DNA of 64,000 nt from a bacterium (GTDB taxonomy: Bacteria; Cyanobacteriota; Vampirovibrionia; Gastranaerophilales; JBAXKC01): NCBI GenBank assembly GCA_037137535.1, contig JBAXKC010000001.1, forward strand, positions 192,001-256,000, in the 5' to 3' direction. The position numbers and the translations under genes were made by a program. Shown one piece after another: positions 28,492-37,741 of this stretch (positions within the stretch are counted from its first letter, which is position 1; every line of letters begins with the position of its first letter). The notes below the pieces were generated by a model that saw only the letters and a list, made by a program, of their open reading frames with translations, did no database searches and was not told the origin of the DNA.

Positions 28492-30250
28492 ATCTATTCA
28501 GTATAAGTGGTTAGAAGCTCTTAAAAATACTAACCTTGATAAAAAACGGCTTAGTAGAGGTGAGGAATATGCATATTCCGGAAATATAACTAATTTAAGT
28601 ATAAATATAAATGAAGTTATAGCTGAAGTTGAGGGAAACTATGATAATTATGAAATTGAAATAAACTTTAAAAAATTATCGTCTAAACAAATTGAAACTC
28701 TTGTTAAAGTTATACAATCAAACCCTGAAATCTCTTCAGAACTTAGTATAGGAAATTTGCCTTATAAATTATTTGAATTATTGCAAGAAGAGAATATTTA
28801 TATTATTCCCAATTCATTTAACAGTCAGGGTTCATATTGTGATTGTCTGGATGATACAAGACCCTGTAAGCATATTATTGCTGTTTATTATGTTTTATCG
28901 CAAGAAATTTCAGGAAAACCTCTTTTGCTTTTTGAATTAAATGGAATATCGTTAAAAGAACTTTCTGAAAAGATAGAAATTCCTTTAGGCTTTGAATATA
29001 AGGCTGAAAAAACACTTAAGCAAAAAATGCAGGAAAGGTTAAAAGCTCTTTTAGATAAGGCAGATAAAGCTAAGCTAAAAGAAATAATTTTTGACCTGAC
29101 ATTTAGGTCAAAAGAGAATTACATCAAGTACCTTGATATAATTGAAGATAAAATAGGATTGGAAGACAATGAAAATACTGAAGTTGCTTCTGAAAAGTTT
29201 ATGTTTAATTGGGATAAATTAAAGTGGAAACTCAAAAAAATCGAAGAATATGGCTATGATTTTGACTATGATGAAGCAGAATCTCTGGATATAGAAGATA
29301 AATTTAATGAAATCATAGAGGAATTAGAGAAGAAAGAAGCTTCAAAGGAAGCACGCAAAGAATTTATTGATGAAGCTTTATCTTATATCATTTCTGATTT
29401 TGGCGGTGAAGTTATGGATACAATTTATGTTGCTTGTTATGATAAAGACGAGCTTTATTATTTCGCTGAAAATATTAGAAATAGCAATCCCGCAATGGCA
29501 ATGAAAGTCTATAAAAAGCTTTCAGATAAAAAAGAATATTTAAAATTAAGACGAGATAATCTTAAAAGTAACAGTGATTATTATGATTTAGTGCTGTTTT
29601 ATGAAGGAAACAATGAACCTCAAAAAGCAATAGAAACTGCTTATGAAGGATTGCAAAAAGTTCAATATTACAAAGGGGATTTGCAAGAATATTTAGCAGA
29701 AAAAGCCTTAAATTCTAATAATAGAGAAGAATATTTAAAATTAAAATTTGAGAAATACACTGATAAGCTTACTCTGCAAGACTATAAAAAATTTAAAAAT
29801 ATTTGTAATGATAAAGAATGGCAGCAATATGAGCCTAAGATTCTATTAAAACTCGAAAAACTTCATTCGAGTGATAGATTACTAATTTATATGCATCGAA
29901 AAGAATTTGAAAAGGCTGCTAATACCTTATTGGAATATTATTCTGGATATTATAATTTTAGACCAAAATCAATAAGTTTTTCCGTTGCGGAGGAGTTGAA
30001 AGACAAATACCCTGAAAAAGTTTTACAGTTTTATTTAAATTCTACTGGCGATCTTAATTCAGCTAAAGACAGAAAAATCTATGCTAATCAGGCTTTAATC
30101 GTATTAAAAATACAAGCTATATGGGTAAATGTGTTAAAAACCCCAGAAAAATGGCTTAACTTTGCTAAAGATGTAAAATATAAAAATAAAAACCGAAAAG
30201 CTTTTCAAGAAGAATTTAATAAAGTTATTCCTGATTGGAAACATTTGTAA
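28478..30250 (+). CDS. SWIM zinc-finger protein with helical C-terminal region
   Basis: RLSRGEEYA, AEVEG, CDC-x5-PCKHIIAV, PLLLFELNG. Confidence 0.82.
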   Translation: MMMNKSIQYKWLEALKNTNLDKKRLSRGEEYAYSGNITNLSININEVIAEVEGNYDNYEIEINFKKLSSKQIETLVKVIQSNPEISSELSIGNLPYKLFELLQEENIYIIPNSFNSQGSYCDCLDDTRPCKHIIAVYYVLSQEISGKPLLLFELNGISLKELSEKIEIPLGFEYKAEKTLKQKMQERLKALLDKADKAKLKEIIFDLTFRSKENYIKYLDIIEDKIGLEDNENTEVASEKFMFNWDKLKWKLKKIEEYGYDFDYDEAESLDIEDKFNEIIEELEKKEASKEARKEFIDEALSYIISDFGGEVMDTIYVACYDKDELYYFAENIRNSNPAMAMKVYKKLSDKKEYLKLRRDNLKSNSDYYDLVLFYEGNNEPQKAIETAYEGLQKVQYYKGDLQEYLAEKALNSNNREEYLKLKFEKYTDKLTLQDYKKFKNICNDKEWQQYEPKILLKLEKLHSSDRLLIYMHRKEFEKAANTLLEYYSGYYNFRPKSISFSVAEELKDKYPEKVLQFYLNSTGDLNSAKDRKIYANQALIVLKIQAIWVNVLKTPEKWLNFAKDVKYKNKNRKAFQEEFNKVIPDWKHL

Positions 30251-30352
30251 TCGCCAAATCTCAGAAATTAAGATAATTATATCTCACAATATGTTTCTAT
30301 ATATTAAAATGATAATAGAATTTGAAATTCACTTTGGGTTCTTTCATGTGAA

Positions 30353-30390
30353 AAACCTCCGTTTTTTAATTTACTACTTTTCGGAGGTTT
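30353..30390. terminator. Hairpin between convergent genes
   Basis: AAACCTCCG...CGGAGGTTT inverted repeat with a long loop. Confidence 0.5.
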
Positions 30391-30445
30391 ACACAAAATT
30401 ATTTATGGATTCTTAGGGGTTAAATTTATAGTTGATAAAATTTAC

Positions 30446-30835
30446 TTATTTGTTAACTTTAATATCTTTACTTGCTTGAATAGTTGCAAATAAGCCATTT
30501 ATTGACATTAGAAAGCCAAAAGCAATTACACCTACAGCCGCTCCTACAACAGCACCTTTTTTTAAAACACTCGGAAAATCAAGCTTTTTAGCTTGCATCA
30601 ATTTATCAACAAGCTCTTTTCCATATGATTCTATTCTTTCTATAGGTTTATTAGTTTTAATTTGTGATAGAAGTTCATTTTGTCTAAAGCCATCATATGC
30701 AGCTGTTAAAGCACCTGTAGTAGTGCCTATTGCAGTTGATGTCATTAACTCTGTTTGACATGGAAAAAGTTCTTTCTTTTTCTCTTTACTTGATGTAAAG
30801 GCTAAAGGCTGACTAAAATTAACTTTCATCATCAA
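30446..30835 (-). CDS. Small hypothetical membrane-associated protein (AFTS motif)
   Basis: 129 aa; MKVNFSQPLAFTS; hydrophobic TAIGTTTGALTAA and GAVVGAAVGVIAFGF segments. Confidence 0.7.
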   Translation of the reverse strand: MMMKVNFSQPLAFTSSKEKKKELFPCQTELMTSTAIGTTTGALTAAYDGFRQNELLSQIKTNKPIERIESYGKELVDKLMQAKKLDFPSVLKKGAVVGAAVGVIAFGFLMSINGLFATIQASKDIKVNK

Positions 30836-30904
30836 AGCTCCATTTTTACTTATCTTATAATTATAAAAAAAACTTATAAAACAAAATTGCCTATTAATAC
30901 AATA

Positions 30905-32074
30905 TTAATCTTCTTCATGTAAAACTTGCATAATACTTGATACTTTCTCTGCAATACGCGTAGCCGCCTCTTGTTTTTCTTTTGTATTACAAACAACAGG
31001 TATTTTTAATATAGTAATATCATTAGCTATCTTACCCCAATCAATATTAGCGACTTTATCACCAAATTTACATAATTTATCAGCATTTATACTAAGTTTG
31101 CCAGTCCATGTTTTATTTAATACGGTACCAGTATCTTCAAAAGCTTGTCTGAAAATCTCATGTTCTCCATTTCTATAGCTATCTTTTATGCTTCTTCCAA
31201 CAGCTTGTGTTACACCTGCAGCAAGGGTTGCTGTTACAGCTGCACCTGCATAAGGAACCATTGTACCAACATCAATAGCCAAGGATGTATTCGATGCTAG
31301 CCATTGCAATGATTTAACTCCCATATTTGTAGCACTTGTTGCTGCATTTACCCCCATACATGCCCCAACAAGACATTGCATCATTTCACTTTCGCCGGGC
31401 ATGTAAACAGACGCCAAACTTCCTGCCATTAATATCTCATTTAATTGTAGAAAAGGAATATCAGCACCTGGCACTAAATGAAAAAATGTAGCAATTCCTG
31501 CAGCAAAACCAGTATGAAGATGTATTGCACTATTGGCTTCTTCATCCTCAGGATCTTCGCCAAACATCCATTCCCAAACACCTTTAAATTGAACTTCTTT
31601 ATGCTCATGCTCAGAAGAACCTTCGACATTACGTTGTTGCACTCTTAAAGGACTATGTTTCTTATTCGGGACTTGATCTAAGGCAAGCTCTGCCTCAAGA
31701 CTTTTAAGTCCAGCGTTTAAGAATTTATATTCCTCACATTTTCTTTTTTCTTCGGGAACAGAGTCTAAAGCTTTTTTTACAGCTTCTAATCCCAAAACAA
31801 GCTCAGTTTTAGAGATTTTACTGTTTGTACTTTTTAAATTCTTTTTACTAGGGGCGATTTCAATTGAAGTAGGAGTATTTAAACTTCCAAAATTTGTAGT
31901 TGCGTTGTATTTATACATATTTGCATTTTTAATTGCTGCTGCCTCATTATAAGAATACAATTGAATACTATTTTTAATTGCAACAGTATCTTTATTAACA
32001 GACAATTTGTCCTTTTTAAAGTTATCCATATTAGAATTTATTCTTAAAACTTTATTCTCTAATCTTGTTTGCAT
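30905..32074 (-). CDS. DUF697-like domain protein, paralog of 806-1738
   Basis: AIHLHTGFAAGIA...VPGADIPFLQ...MAGSLASVY...VPYAGAAVTATLAAGVTQAVG; ATG at 32074 after a GAGAGGA RBS. Confidence 0.62.
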   Translation of the reverse strand: MQTRLENKVLRINSNMDNFKKDKLSVNKDTVAIKNSIQLYSYNEAAAIKNANMYKYNATTNFGSLNTPTSIEIAPSKKNLKSTNSKISKTELVLGLEAVKKALDSVPEEKRKCEEYKFLNAGLKSLEAELALDQVPNKKHSPLRVQQRNVEGSSEHEHKEVQFKGVWEWMFGEDPEDEEANSAIHLHTGFAAGIATFFHLVPGADIPFLQLNEILMAGSLASVYMPGESEMMQCLVGACMGVNAATSATNMGVKSLQWLASNTSLAIDVGTMVPYAGAAVTATLAAGVTQAVGRSIKDSYRNGEHEIFRQAFEDTGTVLNKTWTGKLSINADKLCKFGDKVANIDWGKIANDITILKIPVVCNTKEKQEAATRIAEKVSSIMQVLHEED

Positions 32075-32130
32075 ATATCCTCTCAAATTTAATTCCACCT
32101 TTTACTTAAATATTATTTAGTAACTTATAT

Positions 32131-32186
32131 AAAATATTAAAAAAAGGAGTTTGTGTTTTGACACAAACTCCTTTTTTTAATATTTT
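32131..32186. terminator. Long perfect hairpin (26-bp arms), probable terminator of the yellow/MRJP gene
   Basis: AAAATATTAAAAAAAGGAGTTTGTGT-tttg-ACACAAACTCCTTTTTTTAATATTTT. Confidence 0.65.
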
Positions 32187-32350
32187 TTAACAAACTCCTG
32201 TAATTATTACTAATTACTTTTATTTTTAAATTCTGATTTAATAGTCTGTAGGGTGAGTTTAAATCTACTCTACAACTCTCCTTGTGAGGATCTTTTTAGT
32301 ACAGTTATCATATTTTTTCGTTTATACAACCTTAAAGACACTATTTTATA

Positions 32351-33514
32351 TTATTGCCCTGCAACTCCATATGCCAGAGCATTAACCTTAAAAATATAAA
32401 ATGGCTTTGATTTCATAATATGAGTTGCTGGTTGCATTATTACATCGGGGATATCACTGTCAGTTATATAAAGCTCACTGTTTTTTCCAAAACTTAATCC
32501 GTCAGGCCAACGCATTATAGGCGATTTAACAAGAGTTTTAAGTTTTTTATCTTTAGTGATTACTGAAATTGCTCCATCTTCAATTGACGTCAGATAAATA
32601 TTATTTTCTTTATCAAGAGAAATTCCATCACATTGCGGTTTTTTAGAATAAAACTCTACTTTTTGCGATAATTCTTTTGAAGACAAATCAGTATTATTTA
32701 GAACAGCTGTTTTTATTCTATAAAGTTTACTTCCGGACATTGGTCCAAAATACAGCCATTCACCTTTTTTATCAAGCCCAATAGGATCAATAGCAGGGTG
32801 CATCCAATAAAGACCAAATAATGGATACATTTTATGCCCTTTAGCATTTATTTCATATGATTCCGCTATTACAGAAGTATCTCTTTCTAATAATCTGCGA
32901 GCTTTACGAGTTGTCGTATCAAAAGAGATTATGGCAGGCTTACCTGAAAACACACCAATATCAGCAATATAAATATGTTTTGATTGTGGATCAATTTGCA
33001 TATCTTGAATATAAGAGCCTTCTCCTGCAATATCAACAGGGAAATCATATTGATAAACAAGTTTATCGGTATTAAGATCAAATGCCATTAATCTAGGCTT
33101 GCGAAGTCCATGAAATCCTGTATCTAAAGTCCAAAGCCTATCTTTTGAATCTATCCTGAGATTAAAAACCATATCAAAATAAGGTTTATTTTTTCTTTCA
33201 TGTTGCATTTCTAAGTTTGGATATGGAACAGGTTTACCGTTTTTTATTTCCATCACTTTAAGTTCGGGATTTCCTTCAGGATGGTAATTAAAAAAAATTC
33301 GCCCTTTACTCGACACCGCAATATTTCCTGGTGGAATATCTAACTTCGCAACTATTTTTAATGCATTAGGAGGCAACATAGGTTTTGTTGACAAATCGGG
33401 AAAAGGCTTGCCCCTTCCTCCAAATTTAAGCCAAAATAAACAAATTGCTATAACAAAACACACTAAAAATATTATCATTAAATAAATTAATTTTTTTCTA
33501 ATAACTGATTGCAT
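32351..33514 (-). CDS. Yellow/major royal jelly protein (L-dopachrome tautomerase-related) beta-propeller
   Basis: N-terminal TM; PPGNIAVS-GRIFF, PYPN, LRIDSKDRLWTLDTG, PRLMAFDL, CDGISLD, RWPDGLSFG. Confidence 0.85.
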   Translation of the reverse strand: MQSVIRKKLIYLMIIFLVCFVIAICLFWLKFGGRGKPFPDLSTKPMLPPNALKIVAKLDIPPGNIAVSSKGRIFFNYHPEGNPELKVMEIKNGKPVPYPNLEMQHERKNKPYFDMVFNLRIDSKDRLWTLDTGFHGLRKPRLMAFDLNTDKLVYQYDFPVDIAGEGSYIQDMQIDPQSKHIYIADIGVFSGKPAIISFDTTTRKARRLLERDTSVIAESYEINAKGHKMYPLFGLYWMHPAIDPIGLDKKGEWLYFGPMSGSKLYRIKTAVLNNTDLSSKELSQKVEFYSKKPQCDGISLDKENNIYLTSIEDGAISVITKDKKLKTLVKSPIMRWPDGLSFGKNSELYITDSDIPDVIMQPATHIMKSKPFYIFKVNALAYGVAGQ

Positions 33515-33671
33515 ATTTATCTCCTATAAAATTAAAAAGATAGCTACAATTAACAGTTTATTATCATTCTAAATTAGAGTGGTTGTCAATAAGAAATATA
33601 TTAAATTGCAAAAGTATTATTATCATTGAAGCTTAAATAATAATAAATATTTTTCAATAAACTCATAAACT

Positions 33672-33680
33672 TGCTATAAT
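33672..33680 (+). promoter_or_regulatory. Extended -10 promoter
   Basis: TGCTATAAT upstream of the small ORF at 33705. Confidence 0.55.
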
Positions 33681-33704
33681 TAAGAGAAACTAAGGGAATA
33701 ATTT

Positions 33705-33854
33705 ATGACAAACGAAAAAAAACAAGAACAAACTAAAGAGAAAAAAATAAAAATCGAAATAAAAGGTCTTGATATTGATAAAGCTGAATATCAAGAGATA
33801 GTTTTATCTCATTCAAATAATCCTGACAGATACTTTAACGGACAAAATTATTAA
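33705..33854 (+). CDS. Small protein, 49 aa (absent from ORF track)
   Basis: AAGGGA RBS; MTNEKKQEQTKEKKIKIEIKGLDIDKAEYQEIVLSHSNNPDRYFNGQNY*. Confidence 0.6.
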   Translation: MTNEKKQEQTKEKKIKIEIKGLDIDKAEYQEIVLSHSNNPDRYFNGQNY

Positions 33855-33862
33855 AATATACA

Positions 33863-33898
33863 AAATACCTCCGAAAATAATAAATTTCGGAGGTATTT
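33863..33898. terminator. Bidirectional terminator
   Basis: AAATACCTCCGAAA...TTTCGGAGGTATTT. Confidence 0.75.
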
Positions 33899-33912
33899 AT
33901 ATAAAAATAAAA

Positions 33913-36135
33913 TTAAATTGAAGCACTTACAAGGTTTATAAACTCATTTTTAACCCCTGTATTAAGGTTTGCAATATCAATTGTTGTGTCAGGAGTATAG
34001 GCTGTCATTTGTTGAATAATATGATTTATTTGATCATTTGTAATTAAAGTCCCGTCATTAAACTGAATAGTTTCAATTTGATATTTTTCTTTCTGAAACC
34101 AATCTACAACAGTTATTCCATCATTAGTTCCTTTAATTGCTATGTTTAAATTATTAAAATCTTTTGAAATTTCAATATCTTCTTTTTTAATATCATTACC
34201 GAAAACAATTTTATCTTCTCCGCTGGAATCAGTAATAGAATCCCAGTCATCGCCTTTATTAAACAAATAAGTATCATTGCCCGAATAATCTTTTATTCTG
34301 TCATAACCTTTAGCTGCATAATAAACATCATCACCATTATAACCTGTAAACACATCATTTTTTTCAGTTCCGATTACGGTTGGAGTAATAGAATTATCAA
34401 ACATGTCGTCTATCTCTTTAGCAGTAATCGATGAACCATCTGTAAAATTCAGCGTTTCAATTTGGTTATCCAATGAAGCAAACCAATTATTTACAGTTAT
34501 TCTATCAGTTTGCCCATCAACATTTATTATCAAATTATCATTATTTTTAACAAAAGAAATATTTTTATTTGTTATACTTGCACCAAAATCAATAGCATCA
34601 TTACCGTGAACATCTGTAATAATATCTTGTCCATCTCCCTTATCAAAGAGATATGTATCGTTACTAAAGGCATTAGTAATAATATCATTACCTTTACCGC
34701 CTTTGATAATATTATTTCTCAACTCAGAATCAACATTATCTAAATAAGCAACTTTTATTAGATCATTGCCTTCTTTTCCGTCAATTATATTATCAGCTAA
34801 ATTTGAACCTGTTAAATCATCATCTCCTGAAGTTCCGTTTACGTTTAATTTGAAATCATTTATTGTTTTTATAGCTCCGTCAACGAACTTAAAACTGTCA
34901 AAAGAGCTATTTTCAAGATATTCGCCACCAGGTTTATAATAAGAATGCAAGAAATTTGTTTCTATATAAATTTCATCTTTTGGATTATTAATAAAATTTA
35001 TTTGAAGATCATCGTTGATTTTATTAAAAATCAAATCCTCTGAAGTAATGTAACACCCAAAGGCTAAAGTATTTCCGCCTTTAAGATTTGTACATGATTG
35101 ATCCTGAATTAGATTTTTACCACTATTTTGATTATAAACATAAGTGTCAAAACCTGAAAAATCCTTGAAAATATCACCATTCTTACTAGAATAATAAATA
35201 TCGTTTCCCCCGTTATCCATAACGGTAGACGTATTATTTAATGATTTAAAGAAAGTATCATTTGAATAAGCTTTTATTATACAATCAGCCGAAGCCTCTG
35301 AAATTATTGAAGGCAATAAACTTTCTAAGGTTTTCTCTGTTCCATCAGCAAATTTCAGGACAATTTCAGAAGTTTCTCTTCCATCTTCTTTCCACGCTTC
35401 TAAAGTAATAAAATCTGTAGAATTCTTGAATTTTATTGTCATATCATTTACAGCGTTACCATCAACATAATTAAGCGGAACTGTATCCGTAGGGTCAAAA
35501 AGGTCTTTATAATAAGCATTTTCATCAAAAATAAGATCATCTTCTGTTATACCTTCACCAAACTCAATAATGGTAATATTTTTATCCGTTAAAGCATTAA
35601 AAGTTATAACATCTTGACCGTCTCCTTTATTAAATACAAACGTATTATCACCACTACCGCCATATAGCGTATCATTACCCTGCTTACCAATGATAAGGTC
35701 ATTTGCAGCCGTTCCGTTTAAAATATCGTCGTATTGCGTTCCCTCAATAAGATTAGGCGCATTATTAATAATAAGGTCTAACTGTTCTTTTGTTAGAACG
35801 CTCCCATCAGCAAATTCCATTTGCTCTATTTTATATTTATCTAATTTACCGTCAATAATGGTTAATCCGTCATCAATTCCTTTTATTTGAACATTAACAG
35901 TATTTCCATAAATTGTTGAAAATACAAGATCATTTACTGTAATATCTTTACCGAATTTAATTGAATCAAAACCTTGAGAGTCTGTAATAGTATCCCAGTT
36001 ATCACCTCTATTGAACATATAAACATCGTTGCCGAAATAATCTTTTACAGAATCATACCCCTCTTTTAGATAATAAATATTATCCTCGTTATATCCGCTG
36101 AATTTATCGTTTCCGTTTGTTCCCTCAATATACAT
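33913..36135 (-). CDS. RTX/hemolysin-type calcium-binding repeat protein
   Basis: GGxGND-type nonapeptides and multiple YLFxxGDGQDxI...FxDG modules; no Sec signal. Confidence 0.85.
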   Translation of the reverse strand: MYIEGTNGNDKFSGYNEDNIYYLKEGYDSVKDYFGNDVYMFNRGDNWDTITDSQGFDSIKFGKDITVNDLVFSTIYGNTVNVQIKGIDDGLTIIDGKLDKYKIEQMEFADGSVLTKEQLDLIINNAPNLIEGTQYDDILNGTAANDLIIGKQGNDTLYGGSGDNTFVFNKGDGQDVITFNALTDKNITIIEFGEGITEDDLIFDENAYYKDLFDPTDTVPLNYVDGNAVNDMTIKFKNSTDFITLEAWKEDGRETSEIVLKFADGTEKTLESLLPSIISEASADCIIKAYSNDTFFKSLNNTSTVMDNGGNDIYYSSKNGDIFKDFSGFDTYVYNQNSGKNLIQDQSCTNLKGGNTLAFGCYITSEDLIFNKINDDLQINFINNPKDEIYIETNFLHSYYKPGGEYLENSSFDSFKFVDGAIKTINDFKLNVNGTSGDDDLTGSNLADNIIDGKEGNDLIKVAYLDNVDSELRNNIIKGGKGNDIITNAFSNDTYLFDKGDGQDIITDVHGNDAIDFGASITNKNISFVKNNDNLIINVDGQTDRITVNNWFASLDNQIETLNFTDGSSITAKEIDDMFDNSITPTVIGTEKNDVFTGYNGDDVYYAAKGYDRIKDYSGNDTYLFNKGDDWDSITDSSGEDKIVFGNDIKKEDIEISKDFNNLNIAIKGTNDGITVVDWFQKEKYQIETIQFNDGTLITNDQINHIIQQMTAYTPDTTIDIANLNTGVKNEFINLVSASI

Positions 36136-36304
36136 TTTTGACCTCCCCTTAAAATAACAATGTCGAAAATATCAACATATGATTATTTACAGGATAAAAA
36201 CAAAATGCATTAGACAAAACAAACCTACAATAAGGCATTTTTTTAAGCACTATTTGCTTATATTAGATTTATACTATTATTTCAACAACTATATCTTATT
36301 TAAT

Positions 36305-37627
36305 TTATATCAACTCTAATTTAAGTTCTTTTAGCTTTTTGATAATAAAAAATAAAAATATATTGGCGCAAGAAAATAGAGCAATGGCAAACCCTATCCA
36401 TAGACCAAATACATCGAGTTTTTGAGAAAAAGCAAAATATACACCGATAGGAATACCTATTGCCCAATAACCAAGAGCCATTGTATAAATAATAGGCTTT
36501 GTATATCCCAATCCTCTTAATGCACCTGATAAAGTTATTTGAACACCGTCAAAAAGCTGGAAAATTGCTACAATAAATAATAATCGTGCTCCTATTTTTA
36601 TTATGCCTTTATCATTAGAAAATAATTCTATAAAAAAAGCAGGAAATACAAAAAACATTAAAGCAAAAAAGCCCATTATCGAAAGAGATAATATTAATCC
36701 TGCAATAATATTTTTCTTAATTGACTTGTAATTTCTTGAACCATAAGCATAACCGACCTTTACGCTAAGTGCATTAGCTACAGAAAGAGGAAGCATATAA
36801 GTTATAGACGAAAGAGTTAACACTATATTATTAGCTGCAACCTGAATTGTACTTATTTGTCCTGCAAGTATCGTAACAAGCCCAAATGCCGATAATTCAA
36901 GTAAAAGACTGATAGCTATCGGATAACCTATTCTCATTATATTTTTTAAATATTTTATATTTATTAAAAAAACTTCTTTAAAATATTTTCTGCAATAAAT
37001 TAAGAGCGTCAGCCCCATAATTGTTCTTACGCTTAAACTTGCTATTGCCAAGCCTTTTACACCAAGAGAGGGAATAAAGCCAAATCCGAAAACAAAGATC
37101 CAACATAAAACAACATTTAACAAAACCGCAACTATCGAGATTAAATTTGCAAAATACAACTTTTCATGAACCTGTAAAAACTCTTTAAGTGCCTGATATA
37201 AATAAGCTCCAAAAAAAGAGAAACTGCATATAAATATAAACTCTTGAATATCAGGTATTAATTTTCTCTCAAAACCTAAATAAGGAATTATAGGAATTGT
37301 CAAAAGCGAAATAAGTCCAAAAATAAAGGCTAAAAGCAAGGAATATATTAAAGTAATCTTAAAAAAACTGTTTATTTTCTGTTTTTCTCCTCTTTTTTTA
37401 GCTAAAACGGGAGAAATAGAGAATAAAAAACCCAGCCCCGTGAGCAATACCGTATTAATAACAGCATTTGCAATACTAATTGAAGCAACTGTAGCTGTTC
37501 CATGCTTTGCCGCAACAAATACATCTCCTGCCCCAATCAACATCTGTCCTACCTGCCCTAAAATTATAGGAACTGCAAAGAGCAACAGACCTTTTATAAT
37601 TGAAATTAAATTATTATCTTCCTTCAT
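36305..37627 (-). CDS. MATE family efflux transporter (NorM-like)
   Basis: ~12 TM; LGVKGLAIAS, IGYPIA, FQLFDGVQ, GALRGLGYT. Confidence 0.9.
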   Translation of the reverse strand: MKEDNNLISIIKGLLLFAVPIILGQVGQMLIGAGDVFVAAKHGTATVASISIANAVINTVLLTGLGFLFSISPVLAKKRGEKQKINSFFKITLIYSLLLAFIFGLISLLTIPIIPYLGFERKLIPDIQEFIFICSFSFFGAYLYQALKEFLQVHEKLYFANLISIVAVLLNVVLCWIFVFGFGFIPSLGVKGLAIASLSVRTIMGLTLLIYCRKYFKEVFLINIKYLKNIMRIGYPIAISLLLELSAFGLVTILAGQISTIQVAANNIVLTLSSITYMLPLSVANALSVKVGYAYGSRNYKSIKKNIIAGLILSLSIMGFFALMFFVFPAFFIELFSNDKGIIKIGARLLFIVAIFQLFDGVQITLSGALRGLGYTKPIIYTMALGYWAIGIPIGVYFAFSQKLDVFGLWIGFAIALFSCANIFLFFIIKKLKELKLELI

Positions 37628-37741
37628 AATTTCTATATTAATATAAAGATGTTTTCAAACTGTATTTAAAATAAAATCATTAAAAAACTTGCCACACCAT
37701 TGAACAGCAGATTATATTATAATTAACTAAAGGAAATAAAA

